DNA of 64,000 nucleotides from Candidatus Jorgensenbacteria bacterium GW2011_GWA1_48_11 (GTDB lineage Bacteria; Patescibacteriota; Minisyncoccia; UBA6257; GWB1-50-10). Location of the stretch: the NCBI GenBank assembly GCA_001003475.1, contig LCPF01000001.1:328549-392548 (forward strand). The letters run 5' to 3'. The notes under the pieces were generated by a model. The model saw nothing but the letters and a program-made list of their open reading frames with translations. It did no database searches and had not been told where the DNA came from. Position 1 is the stretch's first letter. Each line of letters starts with the position of its first letter. Below are positions 8,318 to 18,338 of the stretch, piece by piece. A program made the position numbers and the translations under genes.

Positions 8318-9583
8318 ATGAAAATAAAAAACTTCGAGATTCTGGCCTCGAACGGCTTGCGGCGCAAGGCCTTGGCCGTCATTGAAGCCGGGCTGGAGGC
8401 GATCGATACGCCGACGGTGATCAAGAAAGACGTTTCGTTCGAAAAAGACGTTCTTCGGGTGAAAAACGAGTCTTTCCCGCTCAATTCCTTTGAGCGCGTT
8501 TTTTTTGTGGGGGTGGGCAAGTGCGCCTTGGAGGCCGGCGCCGCAGTCGAGGGGATTTTGGGCGAGCGGCTCTCGGACGGCATTATTTTGGACGTTCATA
8601 GGGGTGAGCTCAAAAAAATAAAAACCTTCGGCGGCACCCATCCTTTGCCGAGCATTGAGAACGAACGGGCGACGCGGGCGATTATCGGGCTTTTGGAAGG
8701 CGCGACCGGAAAAGATTTGGTTATTTTCGCGATTTCGGGCGGCGCCTCGACTCTGCTTTGCCAGCCGCAGGATTTGACCTGTGATGAGGAAGGGGAGATT
8801 TTCAGGATGCTTATGCGGCAGGGGGCGGCCATCGAGGAAATCAATACCGTGCGCAAACATTTGTCCCTGGCCCGCGGCGGCTATCTGGCCAAGCATGCTT
8901 ATCCGGCCAAGGTTCTCTCCTTGATTTTTTCCGACGTGCCGGGCGATGATTTGGAATTCGTCGCTTCCGGGCCGACCGTAAAGGACATAACCACGGTTGC
9001 AGACGCGAAAAAGGTTTTTGAAAAGTTCGGCTTGGAAAAGACGCACGGTCTCATCGAAACGCCCAAAGAAGACAAGTATTTCGAGAAAGTGAAAAATATT
9101 TTGCTTATTTCGAACAAAACAGCCTTGGAAGCGATGGCCGCAAAAGCGCGGACGTCGGGTTTCACGCCCGAAATCTGCACCGACTGCCTGCGCGGCGAAG
9201 CCAGGGAAGAAGGAGAAAAAATTATGGCCGCCCTCCATAAATCGAAACCAGGCGCGGCTCTTCTTTATGGTGGCGAGACCACGGTTACGGTGCGTGGGAA
9301 TGGGAAAGGCGGCCGCAATCAGGAACTCGCCCTTTCGGCCTTGCACTTCGTCAAGGACGGGGAGATTCTTGTTTCGATCGCTTCGGACGGCTGGGACAAC
9401 GGCGAAGCGGCCGGCGCCATTTGTGATAAAATAACGAAAGAAAAAGCCGGTAATTTGGACGTCGAGGATTATCTGGCGCGGAACGATTCCTACGCTTTTT
9501 TTGAAAAAACCGGCGCTCAAATTATGACCGGCGAAACCGGCTCCAATGTTTCGGATTTGATTATTGCAATAAAAACCCGATGA
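8318..9583 (+). CDS. Glycerate kinase, MOFRL family (glycerate 2-kinase / hydroxypyruvate reductase-like)
   Basis: A 421-aa protein with MOFRL-type motifs (GGETTVTVRGNGKGGRNQELAL). The antisense ORF 8111-9595 is rejected. Confidence 0.8.
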   Translation: MKIKNFEILASNGLRRKALAVIEAGLEAIDTPTVIKKDVSFEKDVLRVKNESFPLNSFERVFFVGVGKCALEAGAAVEGILGERLSDGIILDVHRGELKKIKTFGGTHPLPSIENERATRAIIGLLEGATGKDLVIFAISGGASTLLCQPQDLTCDEEGEIFRMLMRQGAAIEEINTVRKHLSLARGGYLAKHAYPAKVLSLIFSDVPGDDLEFVASGPTVKDITTVADAKKVFEKFGLEKTHGLIETPKEDKYFEKVKNILLISNKTALEAMAAKARTSGFTPEICTDCLRGEAREEGEKIMAALHKSKPGAALLYGGETTVTVRGNGKGGRNQELALSALHFVKDGEILVSIASDGWDNGEAAGAICDKITKEKAGNLDVEDYLARNDSYAFFEKTGAQIMTGETGSNVSDLIIAIKTR

Positions 9584-9759
9584 TTTGCATTTCAATATTA
9601 GGAGGCAACAGCCATTTTTTAAGAAAAGTGTGTCGGAGGCCGAGCGGGCATGGTGCCCGAAGGGCGAGCAAGGCCGAGGAACAAGCGGTGATTTTCTCGC
9701 TCCGAAGGAGTCCCTTTGGGACCGGGAAAATCAACCGCGTCTTTTCGTAAAGATGGCTG

Positions 9760-12186
9760 GTGCTGATTAAAACAATGAAATCAAAAAGCCGACAATTTAT
9801 TCTCTGGTTCAAGGATATCCGCTTGAAGGACGTGGCGCTCGTGGGCGGCAAAAACGCGGCTTTGGGCGAAATGTACGGCGAGCTCGTGAAATTGGGGGTG
9901 AATATCCCGAACGGTTTTGCTCTGACCGCGGCGGCTTACCGCTTTTTCCTCAAGAAAACGGGACTGGACAAAGAAATCCGGGAAATTTTGAAGGGCTTGG
10001 ATACGAAGGATTTGAAAAATCTCCAGGCGCGGGGCCAGGCCGTGCGCCAGGCGGTTCTAAGAGCCGAGTTGCCTCGGGAGCTTACGAACGAAATAAAAAA
10101 GTCCTACAAAAAGCTCGAAAAGATTTACGGTGCCGAAACGGACGTGGCCGTGCGTTCCTCGGCTACGGCCGAAGATCTGCCCGGCGCTTCTTTTGCCGGC
10201 CAGCAGGAGACTTATCTGAACGTCCGCGGCCTGGACGAGCTTTTTTTGGCCGTCAAGAAATGCATTGCTTCGCTTTTCACCGACCGGGCCATTTCTTACC
10301 GCGCGGACAAGGGTTTTGGCCAGTTGGACGTCGCGCTTTCGGTCGGCATCCAGAAAATGGTGCGTTCGGATTTGGGCGCGAGCGGCGTCACTTTCACCAT
10401 TGACACCGAATCCGGTTTTGACCAGGTCATTGTCATTGATTCGATTTACGGTTTGGGCGAATACATTGTCCAAGGCAAGGTCGTGCCCGATGAGTTCGTG
10501 GTCTGGAAGCCGGGTTTGGAAAAGGGTTTGAAGTCGATTATTGCGACCGATCTGGGGAAGAAAAACGTGAAGCTCGTTTACGGCCGGATCGGCACCAAGA
10601 TGGCGAAGGTGAGCGAAGCAAGCCAAAACAAATTTTCCCTGAAAGAAAGCGAGGTCCTCATTTTGGCCAAGTGGTCGCTCCAAATCGAAAAGCATTTTTC
10701 AAAACTTCACCGCAAATACACGCCCATGGATATCGAGTGGGCCAAGGACGGGAAAACCAAGGAACTTTTCATTGTCCAAGCCCGGCCCGAAACCGTGCAC
10801 GCCCTCGAGAGCAAAAATATTTACAAAGAGTACCGCTTGAGCGGCAAGGGCCGCGAGCTTTTATCCGGCATTGCCGTGGGCAATCGGATCGGTTCGGGCA
10901 AAGTGCGGGTCATCCTGGATGCGAAGCACATCGGCCAATTCAAAAAAGGCGAAGTGCTGGTGACGAAGATAACCGATCCCGATTGGGAACCGATAATGAA
11001 AATCGCCTCGGCGATCGTGACCGACGAGGGCGGCCGCACGTCGCATGCCGCGATCGTCTCGCGCGAGCTTGGTATTCCCTGCATCGTGGGTGCGGGGAAG
11101 GCCACCCGGGTTTTGAAAACGGGGGGGCCGGTCACCGTTGACTGTTCGGCAGGCGAGCGGGGCCGGGTTTTCTCCGGCCTAGTGCCTTTCCATGAGGTTA
11201 TCCACCGTTTGGACAAATTACCGAGGCCTAGAGCGAAAATAATGGTGAATATTGCCGCGCCGGATGAGGCTTTCAAGAACCACCATCTGCCGGTAGAGGG
11301 CGTGGGCTTGGGCCGGCTTGAGTTTATCATTGCTTCGCACATCCTGATCCATCCGAACGCCCTTTTGAATTTCAAGAAGCTTAAAAAAGGAAAGACAAAG
11401 GACGCGATCGAGAAACTGACTGCCGGTTATGCGGACAAAACCAAATATTACGTCGATGAGCTCGCCGAAGGCATCGCGAAAATCGCCGCCGCCTTTTGGC
11501 CTCACCCGGTCATCATCCGCTTTTCCGATTTCAAGACCAATGAGTATGCCACTCTTCTGGGCGGCGAAGCTTACGAGCCCAAGGAAGAAAATCCCATGCT
11601 CGGGTTTCGCGGCGCCTCGCGCTATTACGACCCGAAATTCGAAAAAGCTTTCGGCCTCGAAGTGAAGGCCATGAAAAAAGTGCGGGAGGCGATGGGGCTT
11701 ACGAACGTCATTCCGATGATCCCTTTCTGCCGCACGCCCGAAGAAGGCGAGAAGGTCATTAAGGTAATGGCCAAATATGGCTTAAAACGTAATCAGCATA
11801 AATCCGCCAAAAATCCGCATGCATCAGCGTTAAAGGTTTACGTCATGGCTGAGATTCCCTCGAATATATTGCTTGCCGACGAGTTTTTGAATATCTTTGA
11901 CGGCATGTCCATTGGTTCGAATGATCTGACCCAATTGGTTTTGGGTTTGGATCGGGACTCTGGCATCGTGACGCACATTGCGAACGAGAATAACCCGGCT
12001 GTTCGAAAAATGATTGCCGAGATTATTGCGAAATGTAAGAAGCGGAAAAAATACATCGGCATTTGCGGTCAAGCGCCGTCGGATTATCCCGATTTCGCCG
12101 CTTTTCTGGTCAAGCAAGGCATCGAAAGCATTTCCCTGAATCCCGACACGGTCATCAAGAATATCCTCGCTTTGGGCAAGCGCTAG
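9760..12186 (+). CDS. ppsA: Phosphoenolpyruvate synthase (pyruvate, water dikinase)
   Basis: An 808-aa protein with the GGKNAALGEM nucleotide-binding region, the phospho-His motif (GGRTSHAAIVSRELGIPCIVG) and a C-terminal PEP-utilising domain. Confidence 0.9.
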   Translation: MLIKTMKSKSRQFILWFKDIRLKDVALVGGKNAALGEMYGELVKLGVNIPNGFALTAAAYRFFLKKTGLDKEIREILKGLDTKDLKNLQARGQAVRQAVLRAELPRELTNEIKKSYKKLEKIYGAETDVAVRSSATAEDLPGASFAGQQETYLNVRGLDELFLAVKKCIASLFTDRAISYRADKGFGQLDVALSVGIQKMVRSDLGASGVTFTIDTESGFDQVIVIDSIYGLGEYIVQGKVVPDEFVVWKPGLEKGLKSIIATDLGKKNVKLVYGRIGTKMAKVSEASQNKFSLKESEVLILAKWSLQIEKHFSKLHRKYTPMDIEWAKDGKTKELFIVQARPETVHALESKNIYKEYRLSGKGRELLSGIAVGNRIGSGKVRVILDAKHIGQFKKGEVLVTKITDPDWEPIMKIASAIVTDEGGRTSHAAIVSRELGIPCIVGAGKATRVLKTGGPVTVDCSAGERGRVFSGLVPFHEVIHRLDKLPRPRAKIMVNIAAPDEAFKNHHLPVEGVGLGRLEFIIASHILIHPNALLNFKKLKKGKTKDAIEKLTAGYADKTKYYVDELAEGIAKIAAAFWPHPVIIRFSDFKTNEYATLLGGEAYEPKEENPMLGFRGASRYYDPKFEKAFGLEVKAMKKVREAMGLTNVIPMIPFCRTPEEGEKVIKVMAKYGLKRNQHKSAKNPHASALKVYVMAEIPSNILLADEFLNIFDGMSIGSNDLTQLVLGLDRDSGIVTHIANENNPAVRKMIAEIIAKCKKRKKYIGICGQAPSDYPDFAAFLVKQGIESISLNPDTVIKNILALGKR

Positions 12187-12214
12187 TCCTGAGCCACGTC
12201 GAAGGAAAACAATA

Positions 12215-12646
12215 ATGCAGAAAACCCTCGAGAAATTCCGCCATCCCAAATCCCTGGTCAAAGAATACGGGCATTGGCTCTTGCTTTGCCGCTACAAACA
12301 GGCGACTCTAGGCTCCTTGATTCTTATTTGCAAGGATAAGGTCTATGCTTTTTCCGAAATTTCCGCCGAAAGCTTCGCCGAATTTCCGAAGATCGTGAAA
12401 GAGATAGAGAAGAATCTCAAAGAGCTCTTCCAAAACGACAAAATAAATTATCTGATGTTCATGATGGCCGACCCCGAAGTGCATTTTCACATCCTGCCGC
12501 GGTATGCGAGCGATCGGAAATTCGAAAACAAGGTCTTTAAGGATGTCGGGTGGCCGAATCCGCCGGACACGAAGGCCGTGAACGAGATAAGCGAGGAGAT
12601 TTTCGAAAAATTAGTGGCGAAATTGAAGGAAAAATTCGCAAATTGA
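12215..12646 (+). CDS. HIT-family hydrolase-like protein
   Basis: Carries a histidine-triad-like motif (VHFHILPRY). Confidence 0.65.
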   Translation: MQKTLEKFRHPKSLVKEYGHWLLLCRYKQATLGSLILICKDKVYAFSEISAESFAEFPKIVKEIEKNLKELFQNDKINYLMFMMADPEVHFHILPRYASDRKFENKVFKDVGWPNPPDTKAVNEISEEIFEKLVAKLKEKFAN

Positions 12647-12801
12647 GTTTTTTGAGGCGAAAAATACGATTTGCGTTGAAGCGCCTGCACCGAGCCGCGT
12701 CGAGGTGTTGATAAAAACGCTTTCAATATTCCCCGGCAGACTTAAAATTAAATCAGCAACTTCCGCAGTCGTGGTCCAACTTCTTCGAGAGGGACGGCGA
12801 A

Positions 12802-13122
12802 TTGAACGGCAAGTCGAGGTTCTTTCGTCTTCACGCCAAACGGCGTCTCTCCAGGCGTTACGGCCTGAACCCCAGCAATGACGATGCCCGCGAATTGCGG
12901 CGTCTCATTACGTCCGGAAAGGCGGACGTGCTGCATGTGAAGAAGAACGGGGTGAACCGAATGACGGTCAGATTCAAAGGGAGGATCCTCTATCTTCTCT
13001 TCGATCCGCTGAAGCAGCAGATATTGACCTTCCTCACGCCGCCGGGTTCGCGGCAGCGCTGCCGGAAGGACAGAAGGACCATGACGTTCGTGAATCAGGG
13101 ACGGCGAGCGATTCGCCGCTAA
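12802..13122 (+). CDS. Hypothetical basic small protein (106 aa, alternative TTG start) in a GC-rich patch
   Basis: Periodic GC3 bias. Followed by a terminator. The antisense ORF 12748-13140 is rejected. Confidence 0.35.
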   Translation: MNGKSRFFRLHAKRRLSRRYGLNPSNDDARELRRLITSGKADVLHVKKNGVNRMTVRFKGRILYLLFDPLKQQILTFLTPPGSRQRCRKDRRTMTFVNQGRRAIRR

Positions 13123-13126
13123 GCCG

Positions 13127-13175
13127 CCGAGAGCCGCCAAGGCATCGGCGGCTCTCTCTTTGTTCTTGGTAACAC
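13127..13175 (+). terminator. Rho-independent terminator
   Basis: A GAGAGCCGCC/GGCGGCTCTC stem followed by TCTTTGTTCTT. Confidence 0.55.
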
Positions 13176-13290
13176 CGAGGGGCTTGTCCTGAATGGCATT
13201 GAAGGATTGTTTCTGTCATAAGTTTCTGATACGCTTTTATCCAGCAGTTCACATTCGGGAAGGACCAAACCAAAAACAAGGGGGACGAAG

Positions 13291-14214
13291 ATGGCTCTGT
13301 CGGCTAGTATTGCCAAGGAGAGTAGGGGCTATCTTCTCATCCCTACGAAGCGCATCCGCCGCTATCCGGGCCAGCCGAGGCTCTACATCGAGCCGCTCGC
13401 TCTCATGGGTCTTGAGGCGAGCATCAGACACATCGGTCAGCGACGGGCGATAACCGTAAAAGCGGTTACCGGTGATCCGGACCACGACTACGAGCTGATC
13501 GACGGCGAACGGCGCTGGCTTTGCTGCAAGCGCATCGGCACCGCGAAGATGAAGGCGGTCGTCGAGGAGCCGGAGAACGACGACGAGCAGTTCATCAGCT
13601 CGGTCATTCTGAACATTCCTTCGCAGGAGCACACGCCGCTCGAGATCGCCCACGCGATCGAGCGGATCCGGAAGAGCGAGAAGTTGAAGAGGATGCCGCG
13701 GACCGAGCAGATGAAGTACATCGGCGCGATGTTCGGCCACGACGAGATCTGGGCTTACCGGTATCTTCGTCTGCTCGAGCTCGATCATCGGGTGCACGTT
13801 CTGATGGACGGCAAGCGGTCCGAGGACGAGCGGTTGAATGTTTCGATCGCGTATTTCCTGCTGGGCTACTCGCCTGAGATCCAGGTGAAGAGTGCCTTGC
13901 GGGCGGTGACGATGGGCTGGAGCCTGCGGCAAGTCGAGGTCTACGCCGCGGGCCTTGCCGCCGAATCCGGGGAGATCAGGTCTGGCGTCCGGCCGAAAAG
14001 GCCCTCCGACAACTACCGGAATCTCCTGAGTTTCTTGAGGAGGCTCCACGAGGGGGCCGAGCTCGTTTTGAGCATGCCGAACCGGTCGTTCGAAGAGATG
14101 TTCCTGGCGCGCGACCCCAAGGATCGGGAGAAGACGATCGGGGAAGTGAGGGCCTGCCGGGCCGATCTCGCGGAGATCGAGCAGGTTCTCGAGCGCCTGA
14201 AGCAGAATGCGTGA
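13291..14214 (+). CDS. ParB-like nuclease (ParB/Srx) domain protein
   Basis: ParB N-terminal motif ELIDGERRWLCCKRIG. A strong SD (AAGGGGGA) lies upstream. The antisense ORF 13249-14049 is rejected. Confidence 0.7.
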   Translation: MALSASIAKESRGYLLIPTKRIRRYPGQPRLYIEPLALMGLEASIRHIGQRRAITVKAVTGDPDHDYELIDGERRWLCCKRIGTAKMKAVVEEPENDDEQFISSVILNIPSQEHTPLEIAHAIERIRKSEKLKRMPRTEQMKYIGAMFGHDEIWAYRYLRLLELDHRVHVLMDGKRSEDERLNVSIAYFLLGYSPEIQVKSALRAVTMGWSLRQVEVYAAGLAAESGEIRSGVRPKRPSDNYRNLLSFLRRLHEGAELVLSMPNRSFEEMFLARDPKDREKTIGEVRACRADLAEIEQVLERLKQNA

Positions 14215-14220
14215 GTAAAG

Positions 14221-14280
14221 CGATTAGCCCTGTTACGGAAAGGCCTAGTAGTCCTTTCCGGGACAGGGCCTTTTCTTTTT
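14221..14280 (+). terminator. Rho-independent terminator
   Basis: An imperfect 16-bp stem (CCCTGTTACGGAAAGG / CCTTTCCGGGACAGGG) followed by CCTTTTCTTTTT. Confidence 0.55.
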
Positions 14281-14323
14281 ATCTTGAACGGCATCGAAGG
14301 ATTTATACGGTGAAAATTCGGGG

Positions 14324-14347
14324 GGTGGTATACTGTAGTATACCACC
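14324..14347. promoter_or_regulatory. Perfect palindrome GGTGGTATAC-TGTA-GTATACCACC, about 80 nt upstream of dinB: candidate SOS/LexA-type operator
   Basis: A 10-bp perfect inverted repeat with a 4-nt spacer contains a TACTGTA half-site resembling CTGT-type SOS boxes. Confidence 0.4.
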
Positions 14348-14426
14348 TGGATTTTTTGATTTTAACTCTGTTTTTGGGGCGGAGTTTTCGGGAAAGGCGT
14401 TCTTTTGACTAAGCGCGGGATGTGGC

Positions 14427-15512
14427 ATGATAACGCCGATGCGCATAATCGGGCATTTGGACATGGATGCTTTCTTTGCCGCTGTCGAGGAGCGGGATAA
14501 TGACCGGTTCCGGGGGAAGCCGATCGTGGTCGGCGCCGATCCCGCGGGGGGCCGGGGCCGGGGCGTGGTTTCGACCGCCAATTACAAAGCGCGCGAATAC
14601 GGCATCCATTCGGCGATGGCTATTTCCGAAGCTTGGCGCCGGGCCGAGGAAGGCAAGCGCAAGGGCGGGCCGGCCGTTATATTTCTCGGCGGCAATTTCA
14701 AAAAATACGGCGCGGTCTCGGCCGAAATAATGGTCATTATCCGCGGGTACGCGCTCCTTGTCGAGGAAGCGAGCATTGACGAGGCTTATTTTGATCTGAG
14801 TTCCTGCGGCAGTTATGAAAAAGCCAGGGAGTTGGCTCTAAAGATCAAAGCCGAGGTTAAGGAAAAGGAAAGGCTCACGGCTACGATCGGCATTGGGCCG
14901 AACAAGTTGATCGCGAAGATCGCAAGCGATATGCAGAAGCCGGACGGCCTTACGGTCGTGAAAGATGATGAGGCCGAAAAATTTCTGGAGCCGCTCGCCA
15001 TTCGGAAAATTCCGGGCATCGGCCCCAAGACCCAAGAGTTTTTCAGGGCGAAGGGCGTGAAAATCGTCCGTGACCTTAAGAAATTCTCCAAAGCCGACCT
15101 TGAAAAATTTATGGGCAAGTGGGGGCTGGAACTTTACGAAAAGATCCGCGGCAAAGATGATTCGCCGATCGTTGAAGATTATGAAGTAAAGTCCATTGGC
15201 GAGCAGGAGACTTTTATGGCCGACACCCGCGACCTGAATTTCATTTCCGAGCGGCTTAGCGGGCTTTGCGAAAGCGTCATTGCCCGCTTCAAAGCAAGCG
15301 GTTTCAAGACCTATAAAACTATCATTTTGAGCGTTCGTTTTGCCGATTTCGAGACCAAGTCTCGCGCTCATACCTTGGAAAAGCCGGCCTGCGACCTTGC
15401 TACGCTCCGCTTCGAGGCCATGCGTCTTTTAGTGCCGTTTTTGGACAAAAGGGAAAACCCGCGCGGCAAGTTGATAAGGCTTATTGGCGTTAGGGTGGAG
15501 AAGCTGGTTTGA
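14427..15512 (+). CDS. dinB: DNA polymerase IV (Y-family translesion polymerase)
   Basis: N-terminal motif HLDMDAFFAAVE plus palm/finger/little-finger domains. 361 aa. Confidence 0.9.
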   Translation: MITPMRIIGHLDMDAFFAAVEERDNDRFRGKPIVVGADPAGGRGRGVVSTANYKAREYGIHSAMAISEAWRRAEEGKRKGGPAVIFLGGNFKKYGAVSAEIMVIIRGYALLVEEASIDEAYFDLSSCGSYEKARELALKIKAEVKEKERLTATIGIGPNKLIAKIASDMQKPDGLTVVKDDEAEKFLEPLAIRKIPGIGPKTQEFFRAKGVKIVRDLKKFSKADLEKFMGKWGLELYEKIRGKDDSPIVEDYEVKSIGEQETFMADTRDLNFISERLSGLCESVIARFKASGFKTYKTIILSVRFADFETKSRAHTLEKPACDLATLRFEAMRLLVPFLDKRENPRGKLIRLIGVRVEKLV

Positions 15513-15518
15513 ATAAAA

Positions 15519-15552
15519 AATCTCCTAAAAAAGGAGATTTCTTTTGTTTTTC
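15519..15552 (+). terminator. Rho-independent terminator after dinB
   Basis: AAATCTCCTAAAAAAGGAGATTT hairpin followed by a T-run. Confidence 0.6.
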
Positions 15553-15621
15553 AATTTTACCCAGCTTAGATTCTAAATTCTGAATTCTATATTCTAGACT
15601 TTGGGTGGTATAATTTAGGTA

Positions 15622-18309
15622 ATGAAAATTGAGGATTTTAGAAGCAAAATAGCTGATCTTATTCAAAAATATGAACGCGCTAAACAGTCAGGTTTAGTGA
15701 AGAAATATAGCGAAGAAGAGACAAAAAAGGATTTTATTTTGCCCCTTTTTGAGGCATTGGGTTGGGACGTTCGCGAAAAAAGAGAAGTTTCTGCTGAGGA
15801 AAAAATATCAGGAGATCGTGTTGATTATGGTTTTTATATCGACGGCCATATTAAATTCTATCTAGAAGCAAAACCATTAAGAGCAGATATACATAAGGAA
15901 GAATACGCTAAGCAAGCCATAAAATATTCTTGGAATAAGGGCGTTACTTGGGCAGTTCTTACCGACTTTGAAAGTCTTATCGTATTTAATACGCAAGACG
16001 TAAAGGCTTCTCTAGCGAGTAAGTTACTTTTTGAGATTCCATACAGTGAATATCTAGAACGATTCGACCAATTATCGCTTTTGTCTCGAGAATCTTTTAA
16101 AGAGAATTCTATCGATGATTGGGCTGAAAAAAATGGTAAAAAGTTTCAAAAAGTCCCGATTACTGCACTTCTGTATAACGATCTAAACGAATGCCGTGAA
16201 ATGCTTACAAAATCACTTGTTGCTTGGAATCCAAATCTCAAAAAAGATAGAAAACTTTTAGACGAAGGCGTCCAGAAATTATTAGATCGCCTTATTTTCT
16301 TGAGGGTAGCAGAAGATCGTGGCATTGAGCCACCTACACTTATTCCACTTTTACGTGAATGGCATTCCCGTAAGGATAAAAATGAAGTTCCATTATACGC
16401 TCATATGGTTAAAAAGTTTAGGGATTTGGACAAAACTTATAACTCTAATTTATTTTCTGAGCATCCATTTGAAAAATGGGAAGAATATGGAGATGCCACA
16501 GAAGAAGTCATTAAAATTTTATATGGTAAACCCGGTTATTATGAATATGATTTTAAAGTTATGCCTGCCGATATTTTGGGTACGGTCTATGAAAATTACC
16601 TCGGCTATAAGCTTTCTCAATCGAAAAAAGGAATTGATGTTCATAAAGATGCGAAGAAGCGCAAAGAACAAGGTATTTATTACACGCCTCATTTTATTGT
16701 TGAGTATATTGTTAAGAATGCACTTGGTCCTGTTTTAGATAGATGTGAAACAATTGAGGATCTAAAAAAAGTTAAGGTTCTGGATCCTGCTTGTGGTTCT
16801 GGTTCTTTTCTTGTTCAGGCACTTGAACTTATTAATGAAAAATATAAGCGGATGGGCGCGCCCGGCAACATTTTTACAAAAACCCAAATTCTTCTCCTAA
16901 ATATTTTTGGCGTTGATTTGGATGAACAAGCGGTTGAAATTGCTCGTCTTAATCTTTTAGTAAGCGCTTTAGATGGTAAAAATCCTTTACCCAAACTTGA
17001 TCAGAATATTAAATGTGGTAATTCTCTTATTTATGGTACTGATGCCGAATTAAAAAAGTATTTTGGTACGACCTTTAAGGATCAAAAACCCTTCAATTGG
17101 GAAGAAGAATTTCCCGATGTATTTGAGAAGGGTGGTTTTACCGTAGTAATTGGGAATCCGCCGTGGGGAGCGAGCATAGATAAGTTTAATAAGAGCTTTT
17201 ATAAAGATTTCTTTGTTTCTGGTAAGGGAATAATAGATACATTCGCATTATTTATAGAGAGATCACTTGGTCTTTTGAAAGAAGAGGGATATTTGGGTTT
17301 TATTCTCCCCGATATCGTTTTGTTGAAAAATTATCCTCAGATAAGAAAATTTATTTTGGATAATTGTCTTATTAAAAATCTTTATTATACAGGTATGGCG
17401 TTCCATGGTGTCAATTTAGATTCTGTGATTGCAATTTTAAAGAAGGAAAAATCAGAGGGAAAAAGGAATGAAAATTATATAGAAATTATTATGGACAGTA
17501 GGGAGAAAAGAATTAAACAACAACTATTTTTAAATAATTCTGATTATAAATTTAATTTATATTTCGATGACTACATCATTAAACTGAAAAATAAAGTAGA
17601 TAGTCAATCAATTAAGTTGGGGGGTTTGTTAGAAATTCATGAAGGAATACACTCTGGAAATATTAGGGATAAATTATTTTTGGATTCGCGATTGTCTAAT
17701 AAGTGCCAAAAACTTTTATTTAAAGGTGTTGAGGTAGAACGATATTTTGAAAAATGGGGAGGAAAATTCGTGAATTATGATAAAAGCATTATCAATAAAA
17801 CGGCAGGTAATTATGCAAACCTAGGTAAAGAAGAATATTTTTTAAGCAAAAAGATATTAGTTAGAAGAACCGGTGATAGGATTATTGCTACGATTGATAA
17901 CGATAAGTATTTCGTGAGTAATAATTTTTTTGTTTTGTATTATAAGAAATCTTTAAAAGAAGAAATTGATTTAAAATGTATTCTAGCGATTCTAAATTCC
18001 AAACTAGGAACATGGTATTTTACTGCAATTCAACCTCGTAAAGGGAAGTTATTTGCTGAAATTAAAATTAATCATTTAGCAGAGATCCCTATTTCTAAAA
18101 AGCGAGAATTCGATAAGATTTTTGTACTAGTTGATCAAATGTCTGAATCGCAGAAGAAATTTCATATCACTAAAGAGAATTCAAACGACTGGGAACGATT
18201 AGAATCCGAAATTGAAAAAACCGACAAGAAAATAGACGAAGAGATATATAAGCTTTACCGCCTTACGCCGGAGGAGATTAAAATAGTAGAAACAACAATA
18301 AAGGATTAA
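15622..18309 (+). CDS. Type IIG (MmeI-like) restriction-modification enzyme: N-terminal nuclease fused to a gamma-class N6-adenine methyltransferase and TRD
   Basis: HsdR-N/Mrr-like N-terminus (EEETKKDFILPLFEALGWDV), MTase motif I (VLDPACGSGSFLV) and motif IV (GNPPWG). 895 aa. Located in a ~33% GC island. Confidence 0.75.
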   Translation: MKIEDFRSKIADLIQKYERAKQSGLVKKYSEEETKKDFILPLFEALGWDVREKREVSAEEKISGDRVDYGFYIDGHIKFYLEAKPLRADIHKEEYAKQAIKYSWNKGVTWAVLTDFESLIVFNTQDVKASLASKLLFEIPYSEYLERFDQLSLLSRESFKENSIDDWAEKNGKKFQKVPITALLYNDLNECREMLTKSLVAWNPNLKKDRKLLDEGVQKLLDRLIFLRVAEDRGIEPPTLIPLLREWHSRKDKNEVPLYAHMVKKFRDLDKTYNSNLFSEHPFEKWEEYGDATEEVIKILYGKPGYYEYDFKVMPADILGTVYENYLGYKLSQSKKGIDVHKDAKKRKEQGIYYTPHFIVEYIVKNALGPVLDRCETIEDLKKVKVLDPACGSGSFLVQALELINEKYKRMGAPGNIFTKTQILLLNIFGVDLDEQAVEIARLNLLVSALDGKNPLPKLDQNIKCGNSLIYGTDAELKKYFGTTFKDQKPFNWEEEFPDVFEKGGFTVVIGNPPWGASIDKFNKSFYKDFFVSGKGIIDTFALFIERSLGLLKEEGYLGFILPDIVLLKNYPQIRKFILDNCLIKNLYYTGMAFHGVNLDSVIAILKKEKSEGKRNENYIEIIMDSREKRIKQQLFLNNSDYKFNLYFDDYIIKLKNKVDSQSIKLGGLLEIHEGIHSGNIRDKLFLDSRLSNKCQKLLFKGVEVERYFEKWGGKFVNYDKSIINKTAGNYANLGKEEYFLSKKILVRRTGDRIIATIDNDKYFVSNNFFVLYYKKSLKEEIDLKCILAILNSKLGTWYFTAIQPRKGKLFAEIKINHLAEIPISKKREFDKIFVLVDQMSESQKKFHITKENSNDWERLESEIEKTDKKIDEEIYKLYRLTPEEIKIVETTIKD

Positions 18310-18338
18310 AATTACGTTTAAGGCTATTAGAAAATAGT

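Noticed and set aside
8111-9595. 494-aa ORF antisense to the glycerate kinase gene
   Set aside because: Phe/Arg/Gly-rich composition and no motif. The plus-strand MOFRL kinase is well supported.
9631-9740. SRP (4.5S) RNA in the ppsA leader
   Set aside because: Partial resemblance (CCCGAAGGGCGAGCAAGGCCGAGG) to domain IV, but the conserved helix-8 loops could not be reconstructed. Kept only as a low-interest structured-leader note.
10057-11375. Several ORFs (212, 184 and 156 aa) inside or antisense to ppsA
   Set aside because: Embedded in a gene with strong full-length homology. Compositionally biased.
13249-14049. 266-aa ORF antisense to the ParB-like gene
   Set aside because: Arg/Pro/Leu-rich. 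The ParB motif and SD support the plus-strand gene.
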